NCBI GenBank assembly: GCA_973895155.1
Contig: OZ316896.1
Coordinates: 3,038,001 to 3,102,000 of the forward strand
Reading direction: 5' to 3'
DNA from: Marsupella aquatica
Taxonomy: Eukaryota; Plantae; Marchantiophyta
Length of the DNA: 64,000 nt
The notes under the pieces are model-generated. The model searched no databases. It was not told the origin of the DNA and saw only the letters and a program-made list of their open reading frames with translations. Of the stretch, positions 12,601-23,881 are shown in pieces (within the stretch, counting starts at the first letter, position 1; each line of letters starts with the position of its first letter). The translations under genes and the position numbers were made by a program.

Positions 12601-14440
12601 GCCTCTTTCCTGTACACTTCTTCTTGTGATGCTTTCTAATTTTGGGGCTAGGTTTGGCATTGGGATATTTCCATCCACAATCCTTGCAAACCCAAACGTC
12701 ATGTTCATCCTTTTGGTGAAGCATTAAGCCACTTACCGCTCCAACCTCAGGAGCTTCGGACTCGGAAACTAGCGCTTCTTGAGGGAAAGCTGATCCAGCT
12801 GCTTCTTGAGGGACAGCGGATTCAGCTGCTTCTGGCACCGCTGGAGAAAACTCCTTAGTCCCGTTGCCAGCTTCTGGTGATATATCTGCAAAGAAATTCC
12901 AGTTGGGGAGCGGATTACTCAATGGACAAGTACTCAAAGACAACTCAAAGTCTCACTTAAAGCTCTCCAAAAGAGCAATTGGCTCCACACAGGACTACTT
13001 CTCAACTCAATTTAGTTCGGAAGTCATTAATTCTTCGAGTACAATACCCTAGAAGCACCTGATTCACTAACATATACTTTTTTACAGAAATTGTGCACAG
13101 GGGTATACGCCAAACATCCAGATCCTCTTAGCACGCCCGATAGTCACTCCGAGAAAAAAAAACCTTTGGGCAGATTTCAAAAATCCTTTCAGCGGGAGAA
13201 AGCGTCTGGGCAGATCTTACTCTTCTACTAGTATTCACATTAGAAAAACTTCACCTCTCACATGTAAGTAAACATCGATTCGCATTCATCGCTCACATTT
13301 CCAAAAGAAATTTTTCATTCGCGTGGGAAATAAGAATCTACTGAGGACAAATGGCCGATTACTTTGTGACAACCGACGAGACAAACAAAATCGAACGAAA
13401 GCTTGTGCGGTCATCACACCTTAAAATATGCGGGAGAAATACAGTTCTCGAAACTAACCTGTGGTAGGAGTTGCTTCCGTCACTTCCGGAGCGGGTGATT
13501 CCTTCAGAGCGGCGAAGTCGATCTCTCTGGAAACACTGGTTGGAGCCTCAGCTGGAGATGGGGCAGTCGGAGGACTCTCTTCCTGTCCCGACTCAACAGG
13601 CACTGTTTGAGCAGCTGGAGCATGGTGGTGTTCATCATCAGAAGCATCATCTGAAGATCCCCCTTTAGCAACAGAACTACCTTTTCCAGGGCAGTGCTTC
13701 TTGTGGTTCTTTCGAATCTTGGGGCTGGGTTTTGCATTTGGATATTTCCAGCCACACTCCTTGCAAATCCAAATATCGTGCTCATCTTTCTGATGGGGCA
13801 ATAAACCACCGGTGTTAATAGGCACGGCGGCAGGGATGCTGGCCTCTGTATGAGCTGGAGCTTCTTCAGCAGCTCCGTTAACGGTTGGTGCTTCAGCAGG
13901 GGCAGCTTCTGCCTTCAGATCCTCCTTGAGAGATGCGAAATCGAATTCCCTTGATTTGACTTCCGTGGGAGGAACAGGGGCATCCACAGCTGATTCTTGA
14001 GGTGCCGCACTGGCTGTTATCATCAAGAAGAAATCTGTAAACCTTTTGACGGAAGCCACTATTGGAATCGTAGATGCTATGCACCGTCCCTCGCGAGGAC
14101 GAAATCATGTAGGTTTGACAGAATGTGACTACATAAACTATCAAAACACCTTCAGGACCACAAAACAGAAGATGATTAGGAATTCCAGGTCGCCTGTAGT
14201 TAGCTAGTAAGTACCTTTATGGTGCACATGATGGTCATCGTCAGAAGCCTCGTCCGAAGACCCGCCAGCAGCATGTGCATCTGCGCCGGCTTTCCCCGGG
14301 CAGTGCTTCTTATGATTCTTCCTGATCTTGGCGCTGGGCTTCGCATTTGGGTATTTCCACCCACATTCCTTACAAATCCAAATGTCGTGCTCGTCCTTCT
14401 GATGAGGCATTAAACCACGGGCAACTGCCGTTTCCGCCAT
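9657..14440 (-). CDS. Protein with five exon-encoded C2HC zinc-finger-like repeats (~711 aa); exons 14215-14440, 13459-14013, 12340-12885, 10355-10723, 9657-10096
   Basis: Five ORFs each carry (G)GLM(P/L)HQKDxxD(I/V)W(I/V)CKxCGWxYPNAKPS(A/P)KIRxxHKKxCxxx. GT-AG junctions were found for all four introns, all phase 1. Exon lengths 226+555+546+369+440 = 2136 nt give one open frame from MAETAVARG to GKCFRCF-stop. Confidence 0.85.
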
Positions 14441-15069
14441 CACTCCAATTAGTTCTGTTCGCCACAAACGGTACGCCACGGATGAGTTTTAGATGGTTTT
14501 AATTAGCTTCGCAATCGGACGGATCAGCAGAGCCATCATCAGATCGGAGGCTTGACTAAGATTTGTTCGCGCGGTAAGAACTTGAATTGTTCTCGAGAGG
14601 ACACTCAACGAGATATTGGGCCACCAAACGCACTCTGACAAACCGTCTTCTTACATGTATCCACAGATCATTACCATTCCGCCCACCGAATTTATAGCTA
14701 GTGTCCATGTGTAGTAACACATTGACAGGGTTTTGACAGTCGTGTTTAAAAACAGTCTTGATTCATGTTCCTTGCGAGATCTTACCTATTTCCTGTCGTC
14801 AGTGATGTCACTATGCATATGTTAGGATTTCCCATTGGTAAAAATGTCAATCTCAAAGAAATGTACTAGCAATATTTTCTAAACAAACTTAATTCTCTGG
14901 CAAAGAACCGCTTCCGTTGCCCACGATAGTCACTCCGATCCTCCGTTCCACTCAAGCCCAACATCAACTCATATAACTCTCTCGATTCACATATTCCGAG
15001 AGATGTTCGGCATGATCTCTAAAAACGTGCACAGCAGCGAGTGCAATGAGTGGAAGGAAACAGTAAACG

Positions 15070-15710
15070 TACAGCCCCACAATCTTGCTGATGACGAGGA
15101 AGCCCCTGGCTACAGAGCTCGTCGATCCTCCTAGGTAGATTCCTGCGATGTGATCAATATCAAAAAACCAGGGTGAACTCTCAGAAGCAAGAACAGCCCA
15201 CTCAGACCTTCACCATCAGCACACAATCCCGTTCGGCGAAACCCAATTCAACACAAACCGACGCATTTGCATTTCTGAAGATGTCTAGAAACGGTACGTT
15301 CGGACGGAACACGCCTAACAGCAATCTGGAGTCCATCCAGATCAGCACATGAGAGAAGGAACCGTTTGACGTTATACACTTATCAAAGTGAAAACACATG
15401 TCACGCCGATCCTTTCCAGAGAATTGAAGATAAGAAAGGACAAAATCTGTGTAGCTCCACATTCAACCGCACCTAGCTGCAGCAAACGACGAAATTGCCG
15501 CAAACTTGCCGTTCCGTGATAGAGCGATGTTTTGCCGGAGTTGCATGGAGGGCTGGAACTGTAGTTTGCCTCGACCTTCTTCGCAGATCGTTCTCATCTG
15601 GCAGCCATGGATAGTGAAACTGTACAGTACTACGGTCGACATACGGAGTGATTTTTCATGGGCACTTTCAATCCTTGACGTGGCTCTCATCCGGGCCAGG
15701 CTGTACAAAA
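15070..15710 (-). pseudogene. Probable decayed WD40 (TBL2-like) gene fragment
   Basis: Collinear fragments across shifting frames (AHEKSL; GKLQFQPSMQLRQNIALSRNGKFAAISSFAA; LQFSG...CF...ITSNGS..VLIW; ASSSSARLW) resemble the recalled C-terminal half of plant TBL2-like WD40 proteins. Frameshifted, no evident introns. Confidence 0.45.
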
Positions 15711-18286
15711 GGTGACCAGCTTGGATGCTCGGGTGCCATCGATCCTGAAATCTGAGTTAGATCAACGTCAGCCCAGAGAATTCGGGTACAGCATTCCATT
15801 CCACTGAGTAAGTGAGTAGAATGCCCATTTCCTGATTCCATGTGTTAGGCGAAAGAACAGTTCCTTCAACTCAGACTTAGTAATTTACAGGAACTAAATG
15901 CCGACTAATAAAGAAGATTCTACTCAGTGGCCAGCAATGGGAAAAAGCCGATTACCGGATTACAGCAGCTCCCATATTAAATGGTAGGAGCCGGATAGGG
16001 AACGGTCCGGTCGGTGGAGCCCCTGTGGGAATAATTGCTGGAGCAGTACGTTTCCCAGATGCTTAAGACAGGAAACTACTGACCTACTGTACATCATCAG
16101 GTATTTCCCAATCCAACAAAAGCGCATGACGTCAACGATCGTGCCAAGTCTCTGATGGTGAGGATTGATCTTCTCGCAATCTATCGAACTGCTGCCTGTA
16201 ATGTGTCTTTAGGCAGCTTCTAAAGTTTACCACGCTGCATCCCAATCCTCGAGCGCTTGATGAGGTCACGGACTCACGGCTACAGTTTCCACTTGTTGTC
16301 AAATTATTGTTTCCCGGGATTGTTGCTCAGTGGTACGCCGCTTCTCAATCCCCGGGGCTCTAGCCGGTCGGTGCCAGTCATCTGATTCCCCCAGCACACA
16401 ATTAAATAACACAGTCCTTGTCTGGAGGCGGGAACATGCAGCTAGCATTATTTTAGCCACAATCATACAGTGCAATGTGGCGTTGAGAATTTCGTCACAA
16501 CAATCATTCACCGTGTTGTTCCGATCTTATCTATCGGTAAGTATATCTATGTCGATGTCATCCTGTTGGTGAAAAGCGGGCGAAGAAGAGAGGAATCAGC
16601 GAATTACTGTTGGGCAGCAAGCCGCTCATCATGGTCGCCTCTTTATGATTCACCAGAGATGCACGAGATTCCTGGCAGCTATGGCGGAATAGTAATGGGG
16701 CAGTACCTTACTGGACTTTATTGAATAGCGGGAAGATGACACATTACAGTGATGACGCGGTGCGTGCTAATTCTGGTCGAGCATCCCTACAAATCGCATT
16801 AATGATACTGTCAAGGTCCAGCCACCTAATCCTCCCACTGCCCGCCTCCTCAGGGTTAGTGCAACGAGGTTTTTTCGTTTTTTGCCATAGTGGCATATTG
16901 CACCTTTGGAGAATGAGAAAAATGTGCATGATTAAGACGCATGGTGACTTTCCCATAAAGTCTTGGATGAGTTACACTAAGTAACGAAAAGTGACAGGGA
17001 GAAACTTGTTTTTTTGGTCTCTTGAACAGTATTGAGCCCTTCTCAACACTAATCCTTTATTCAGAGCCCCAAATTTAAGGGTCTACTTGAAAATTAGTGT
17101 TAGTCACACCAACACTATTTTCACACACATGAATAAGTGTTACTGTGTAAGTCTCAACAATGGAAAAATAGAGGGAAAAAAACAATTATTTCTGAAAAAT
17201 GCACAAGAATGTGTGTTACTTGGACTCAAGATAGTTCATTAACTTTTACTAGCAATTTAAACAAAAGTGTACAAAAATTATTCTCAAAAACTGACCAAAA
17301 TTAGTGTTACTTGTACTCAAAACCAATTTTACCAAAATTAGTATTACTTTGGACTCAAGATTACACTCAAGTATGTGTGATACTTTTTGATCATGATTAC
17401 ACATTTGGGAGAGGTGTAACCTACAGTACAGTAGGGGGTTTTGGCCAAAAATGGGGGACTTCTAGTAGAGGTGCACTCTAGCTAATTTTGGTCACAAAAA
17501 CGATCACAAAATGGCTGATCAGGCTGGTCCCACTCAACGAATCTGGAGAAAAACAGAATTGGTGCACCTTTGGTAGACTAATGGGGGCCGTACAAAAATT
17601 CATGAACCTATAGCTGAGATGTAATGATACTCATTCAAATGCGGGCGCAGGGCACTTTATATAATTTGTCCTGGGCACAATCTTGGCATAAGCATGACCA
17701 TCCTAGTCACCTACCAGTGGGTTTGGCAAAAGCATTACCCCTAGTCACCTGCTAGTGGGCCCGCATTACCGATCCTAGTCACCTGCTAGTGGGCCCCTTG
17801 TGGGTTCTGTTGGCTAATGACTAATGTGGCCATGTTCTTTTGTCAAAACTTTGACCAGGGCTTGAAGTGTACGATGGAGTGATGGACGGTTGATTCACAC
17901 ATTACTTTTAGATTCTTGCATTTATTTTCCCTTCAAGACTTCATACAATTTGCTTGAGGCATTTTTAAGTTTTTGTAATTGACAATTGTCAATTACTTTA
18001 TTTATCATCATGACATTTTTCATTTTTTGGGCAAAAAACATTAACCTGAGTTAGCTTCTTCATACTTGACGAATATCATGGCACCCCGTTTTCAAGATTA
18101 GATGGCTCAATATTTGTATGACCACCATCACGCATGGTTCTACTCCTGTGTGTCGGGTGAGGTCATGAGAGGCTGTGTGCAGGGACAGAGGGCATGCGTA
18201 GGGGGGGCGGGGGGAAGAGGCTAGTCGACCTACTCTTTGGTCAGCTAACCCAGAGGGTGATTAAAAGTCACCTTGAGGGAGACTAA

Positions 18287-18646
18287 GGGCCACTTTACAA
18301 GACGGGTACGGCAATTTGAGTGCTATCTACCAGGGCTGTAACAGAGCCTGACTTTTCCTGTACGGTAGGACTCTAGACCAGAACAAGGCAGGAATTGTAG
18401 GAGAAACCGGCCTGCCCATTTTTGCACCTCCAGAGGTCCGATAGTCTAGTGCCCGGATGAGAGTCCTGAGCCAGCTGGCCTGAGCTGATCCATACCAGAA
18501 TGCAGGTTTGGTCGTTCCAGCAGCTCAACTTGCCGTGCCAGTCTTCTAAAGCAAGGAGCGACCGAGAAGGCTGAAACAACGATCGTGATTGATTCGATCC
18601 TGAAAAAAGAAGGACTAAATTGTCGCGCCCATCTTGTAAAGTGCCC
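18287..18646. mobile_element. PIF/Harbinger (Tourist-like) MITE, 360 bp
   Basis: Imperfect ~30-bp TIRs (GGGCCCACTTTACAAGACGGG / reverse complement GGGCACTTTACAAGATGGG) flanked by a TAA TSD at 18284-18286 and 18647-18649. Confidence 0.8.
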
Positions 18647-19963
18647 TAAAGTATGATTGCAACACTGGGTGTAATGACAATGTAATAAATTTATTTTATC
18701 TTATTTTATAACTACTTTTTGTGCCCCCAAAGTTTTCTTTCTCCCCCTAGGACAGGAGGTGTGTCATCCCAAGAATAGCACCCAAGTAGCAATCTAAGCA
18801 TGCATGCCTTAGTTTGAGCATGCCAACCACATCAATCTTGACTTTCCTAAACTTCCATGAGATCTCCATTTAAAAAAATGCTCTGCTGAGATAAGATCCC
18901 TCAGGTTGCATGAGATATCTGCACGTATTTAGAGTACTGGAAAATCTTGCCTATCATTAAAAGAGTATTGCTTTTGTCAACTCCCCTTGAAACCTGCATG
19001 GGCATATGTCTTTTGAATCATGATGTTACTTTCTTTTGCCAACTCCCCTTCCAACCTGCACGGACATATTTCTTTTTGAATCTAATTACTTTCTTGTGAA
19101 AGGCCTGTGGAAAGGCAATGAAGGAGACAGTCCCTGAGCCATGTGACCCCATGAAGGAAATGTCACCCTTAGCAATGGGAAACCCACTAGCACAGCTGCT
19201 TTTCTTGGATAGGATTTCCCTTATGAGTTAATTTAAAGCATCTCCAATGGTTACTGGCTATGAATTTGACCCATCCCACTAAGAGAGAGATATATATGCT
19301 TGATGGGACCCTGCCAAAGCAAATTTATGTAATAGGCCCTTTCTAAATTTTTGTTACAAACTAGGCCCCTTTGACACTTTTGTGTCAGATTTTCTTGTAA
19401 CAGTTCCCATAAGGAGTTTTAGCTTGATAATATCACCAATAAGAGCTACCATTAGTTTAGAATCAAACCGTGCTGATTGACAAAGTACACCGTGGGGGGA
19501 ATAACAAAGTAGTGGTGGCCATTGCACAAATTGTGAAAAATTCTTGAATGAAGACAATATGGTTCATGTCTACAGGTTTGAATTTCTATCATACCGTCCA
19601 TCTTCAGGTTGCTTCACGCAACCTGTGCATAGGGTTTGCATGATGTTTTGACTGTTCTCTTTGTTTGTTTGTCTAAGTATGGAATGAATGGGAATGTCAA
19701 AGTCCCCAAGATTGGTCCTTTTCTGAATCCAAAGTTTGGTAACTTCTTCAAGAAGTGAGTCCACTTTGCTACGTTCAAAAATGGGACGTGGAACCCAAAT
19801 CTAACTAATTTGTCTAAGTATGGAAGGCACCAAGAGTGTTTAACACTTGGCTGTTTGCCTTTGTTGGAACTTTCACAATTTGTCTACTTAGTGTGAAACA
19901 AAGTCAACATGGACTTAATTGTAACAGGAAAATTTTGCTAGCTTGTAAAAACTAGACTAAATG

Positions 19964-20086
19964 TTTAGACTAAATGTTGTCCAAACCCGCTATCATGTAG
20001 CAATGGATCCCCTAAAAACTCTATAATCATGTGAAGACATAATCCATCACTACATGATAGCAGGTTTGTACAACATTTAGTCTAAA
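19964..20086. repeat. Inverted repeat (hairpin, ~45-bp arms)
   Basis: tttagactaaatgttgtccaaacccgctatcatgtag pairs with ctacatgatagcaggtttgtacaacatttagtctaaa. Confidence 0.85.
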
Positions 20087-20289
20087 CCCTAAACCTTAAA
20101 CCTTTGCACCTCTATTCAAGCATAGACATACACATGGTGTGCAATGGAGTGCGGTGGGAAATGTACAGTATGAATCATGTGTACGGAACATGGTTCATAC
20201 GTATGGGCCCTAGTTTGTAACAACATTTTTGTGGGGGGTCTAGTTTGTAACATAAGTTGTATGTAACAACATTTTTGTGGAGGGTCTAG

Positions 20290-23272
20290 TTACGGACCCC
20301 CATTAGGGGTCTCTTGCAAATTCTCTGCCATGAGGTTGTGCCACATCATCACAACTAGCCACAAACAGGAATGATCCTACTTTTAACAATAACAAACGTG
20401 CACATTCCTATTTGTGGCAAAAGCAACGTAATTTTTGGGGCGCCATGCCGTAAATACTAAACGTAAAAAAAACCAAAATACAAAGGAAGAGATGTCATTT
20501 AGTAAAACAAAGTTACCATTTTGATGTTTGTCAAAGATATATCAATTTTTTATATCAAAATGTTTGTATTTTTTAATTGTTTACAAGTTTGAAAAAATCA
20601 ATTGATAGAAATGTACATAATTAAAACCCATTTGGCTTCACATTGTAAAACTAAATAATAAATCTCCTTAATACTTGATAAATTTTCCAATGTTTGATTC
20701 ATTGGAAAATTCAAGATCAAGATTTAGAAACTTGTGATCTCTTTAGTAATGTCTTGATAAAATCTCTCAATGTCACTCATTGGAAAGCTAGAGTAAAATT
20801 AAAAACTCATCATCTCCTTAGTACTTGACAAAATCTATCAATGTTAGGTTCATTGGAAAGCTAGAGAAATTTAGACACTCATGATCTTCCTATTTCTTGA
20901 CAAATAATCTCAATGTCACACATTAGAAAGCTAAAAAGATTGAAAACCTCCTGATCTCTTGAGCACCGTGACAAAATTTGACATAAAATTTGTAAATGTC
21001 AGACTCTTTGTTAGAAAGCTAAAAGAATTCATGAACTCATAATCAAAATTTCTTATACTAACACTTATTGGAAAGGCAAAGATATTCAAAAACTCATATG
21101 GAACTTGACAAAATTTGTCAATTTGAGGCTCATTGGAAACCCTTTCTCGATTAAGAGATATCACAATCTCATCACCATCACAAACTTAGCCACTACAAAT
21201 TGATTTATTTGATTACGTCACCAGCGCTTGTCCACAATGCTTGCTTCCCGGCTTGAATTGTTCGCATCTCTTAGATAGTCTTCAACTAAAGCTCACTCTG
21301 AACACAGGTAGTGGTGGACCTCGCCACCCAACGCCCTCACGAATCTCAGCACTTGCGCCTAAGTGTCCTTGGTGGCTGAACGCCTCCACGGAATACCTCG
21401 AGCAAGCATCCAAGTGCCTCTAGCACCACCTGCGGCCCCTTCCATACGAAGCCGCACTTGCTCACCTACACGACCGCTACTCAACGGTCCTCATTGTCTG
21501 CACAAGCAACCAAGCACCTCGGTAAGTAACCCCTCTGGATCTAGAACTCTCCAAGTCTAGCCTCCTAACTCAAGCTTAACAGACGTTGGTAAATAGGTTA
21601 GCGATAGGTCCTCCCGATGCCATAAGCCGGAACCAGAGCCCACGTCCACTGTCCGTCCAGGATAGCTCCTTCCTTGGGCGCGGCCCAGGTTCCCCCTTGT
21701 ACCTATCCATCACCAACTGACCGCCCTGACCTCAGGTAATGCTCATGGCCCAAATAGCGTAGCTTGTCCTAAAGCTTGTCCCAAGCTTGTCCCAACACGT
21801 CGGGACCAGAATGGCCCCGACTCTAGCAACCGCTCCCGGGTTCGCCCCATTGGTGGTCTAGGGGCCGAGCACCCTTGGGACTCAGCCTCCGCACCTACTT
21901 GGCCTTGCCTCCCCGATGCAAGCTCCCTTGGGAGACTGAATGCGGCTTGGCTGCTGTTCGACAGGATTCGGCAAGCGGGCGAGCTAACACCCGCAAACCA
22001 CGAGAACCCACGGCACCTCGAGACCCAGATGAGCTCAGGAGGACGTAGCCCTCCTCAAGAGCTTTCCAACGCACCCAAGAAGTCCTCCAATGGACTTTCC
22101 GTTGGGAAGATATCACCATTTCTGTTTGGCGGTTTCTTTTAGTGTCGCGACCGCCGCGGCTCACGATTTTGGCTCGCCTTTAGCCCCCAGGGAGACACCA
22201 CTCCCCTCATATATGCTTCTGGAGACCTGCCACCCCCGGACCAACTTTGGTCCCTAAACATTTGGCCCCCAACCCGGATCCCATCGTGCATAATGGGCGC
22301 GCCACCAACTGGCAACGCCCATAACTTTCTTGATAGGCATCCGCAAGCGGAGTGCCTTAGCCCGTTGTGATTGGGCCGACCCAGTGCTCATGCCTAGGCC
22401 CTCAGGTCTGATCGCCGCTCGGGGCCCCCGACCGGCCCAACCCGAATCGGGCCACAACTTGCGCCCCAAGCGTCCGTTGCCAATGGCGTCAACTCCATTG
22501 GCCTTGGCCCAAGAGGAGCTCACTCCCAAGCCCTCAGAACTCAAAGTCCATCCGGAGGTCCGGACGGCCATCTTTGAGCCCGGCCCATTTCCCCTTGACC
22601 CGACTAGCCATAGGCTAGTCCAAGTCCTTAGTGTGTGCCCCCAACTTGGCTCCTTGCTTCGCTAGGGCCACGTCTCATTGCCCACAAGTCTCCCCATGCT
22701 AAGTCCTCCCCGGATGGCCTATCCGGGCCTGGACCATAAGAGAGCTCGGCATCAAAGTCAGCGACACCGAAGCTAAGTGTTAAGGTAGTCGAGTTTCGCG
22801 ACTCAGGTTGACGCCAAATGCAGCCTCTATGTCAAAGAAACAATTGTTGGTCTTCCCCTCACACCATAGCTTTCTTAAATAAAAATAACTACAAATTCTT
22901 TGTTTGAAGTGACGGCTCGTTCGTTTTGTGTGAACATTCTTCCCACCAAATTGACAAGCGCTCTTTTTCCAACAGCTGAGTGTTGTGCTCTAGTCTGTCT
23001 TGTGAAGGTAATGCTCAATGTAACTCACAAACAATCAATCAAGAATGGTTGAAAGATTATTTTTCCAATGTGTAAGCAAAACCTATAAGAAAACTCAATT
23101 CCTCCACATTCAACCTTCCGTTTGATTAATCTCTATCTTTGAGCATTTGTTTTTGTACGAGCACACACCAACACCATCGGGAGACTCAAAACCGTTGGTT
23201 ACCGCCTTGATGAAAATTGATTTCACTTAATCACACAAATATTCCTTGGATGAACATGGGGGTCCACGGATT
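20290..23272 (+). mobile_element. Non-autonomous TIR-type element (GGACCCCCAT...ATGGGGGTCC ends), copy 1, with internal ~60-bp subrepeats; interrupted by the solo-LTR-like insert
   Basis: Collinear inverted similarity to 34514-37382 along its length once the inserts are removed. Short terminal inverted motif. Tandem atctccttagtacttga...cattggaaag units at 20660-21140. Confidence 0.75.
21310..22803 (+). mobile_element. Solo-LTR-like element with AGT...ACT termini and 5-bp TSD CAGGT
   Basis: CAGGT at 21305-21309 and 22804-22808. Starts AGTGGTGGACC, ends TTTCGCGACT. The empty site with a single CAGGT is present in the host paralog near 34955 (minus strand). Confidence 0.85.
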
Positions 23273-23762
23273 AATTTGTAACATAAGTTTTGTAAGCCAA
23301 GGGCCCATCACGTAAATGAGAGAACTGAAAGAAAGACAGCCCCTTACAATTAATGCTGCACACAATCATCATTCCTGTAGTTGTTTTGGGCTCTGGAGAT
23401 AAATAATCTCCTTATCAATCATCTCCATTAGCCTAATATTAGTTGTCAGCTCATCTCAGATTGGCCACTGAGTTGCGGCGCAAGAAAAAAAACCAAAAAA
23501 TTGAATTTTTTTGAAACTTAAAGGGAGATAAAAAAAACCTCACTGTGGGGTGTCCGTATCGTACGGACACCCCATCTTGGCGAGGTGTGGGTAAATGTAC
23601 ATATGGCACGGATGCAATTAAATCTGAATTATGTTTTTCAAATTTTTATCTTATTTATTTTTACTCTTTTTGAGGGTCCTGTTTTTGGTCTGTATGCCTA
23701 TCTTGATGAGGTCAGCTGAGATTGAGTCAATCTCAGCTGCCAAGCTCAGATGCACGGAGGTG

Positions 23763-23881
23763 CAAGGGTTTAGGGTTTAGGTCCCATCTCAGCTGAAACT
23801 CATAATTTTTTTAGCGTCAAGGGTAAGGGTTTAGGGTTTAGGTCCCATCTCAGCTGAAACTCATAATTTTTTTAGCGTCAA
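23763..23881. repeat. ~61-bp tandem duplication containing telomere-like TTTAGGG units
   Basis: aagggtttagggtttaggtcccatctcagctgaaactcataatttttttagcgtcaa occurs twice. Confidence 0.85.

Noticed and set aside
21895-22665. ORFs of 89-111 aa inside the AGT...ACT element
   Set aside because: Frames are not preserved between the three copies and show no recognisable domain.
23766-23842. TTTAGGG motifs as a possible telomere or chromosome-fusion site
   Set aside because: Only two units per site, embedded in a small duplication; too short to call an interstitial telomere array.
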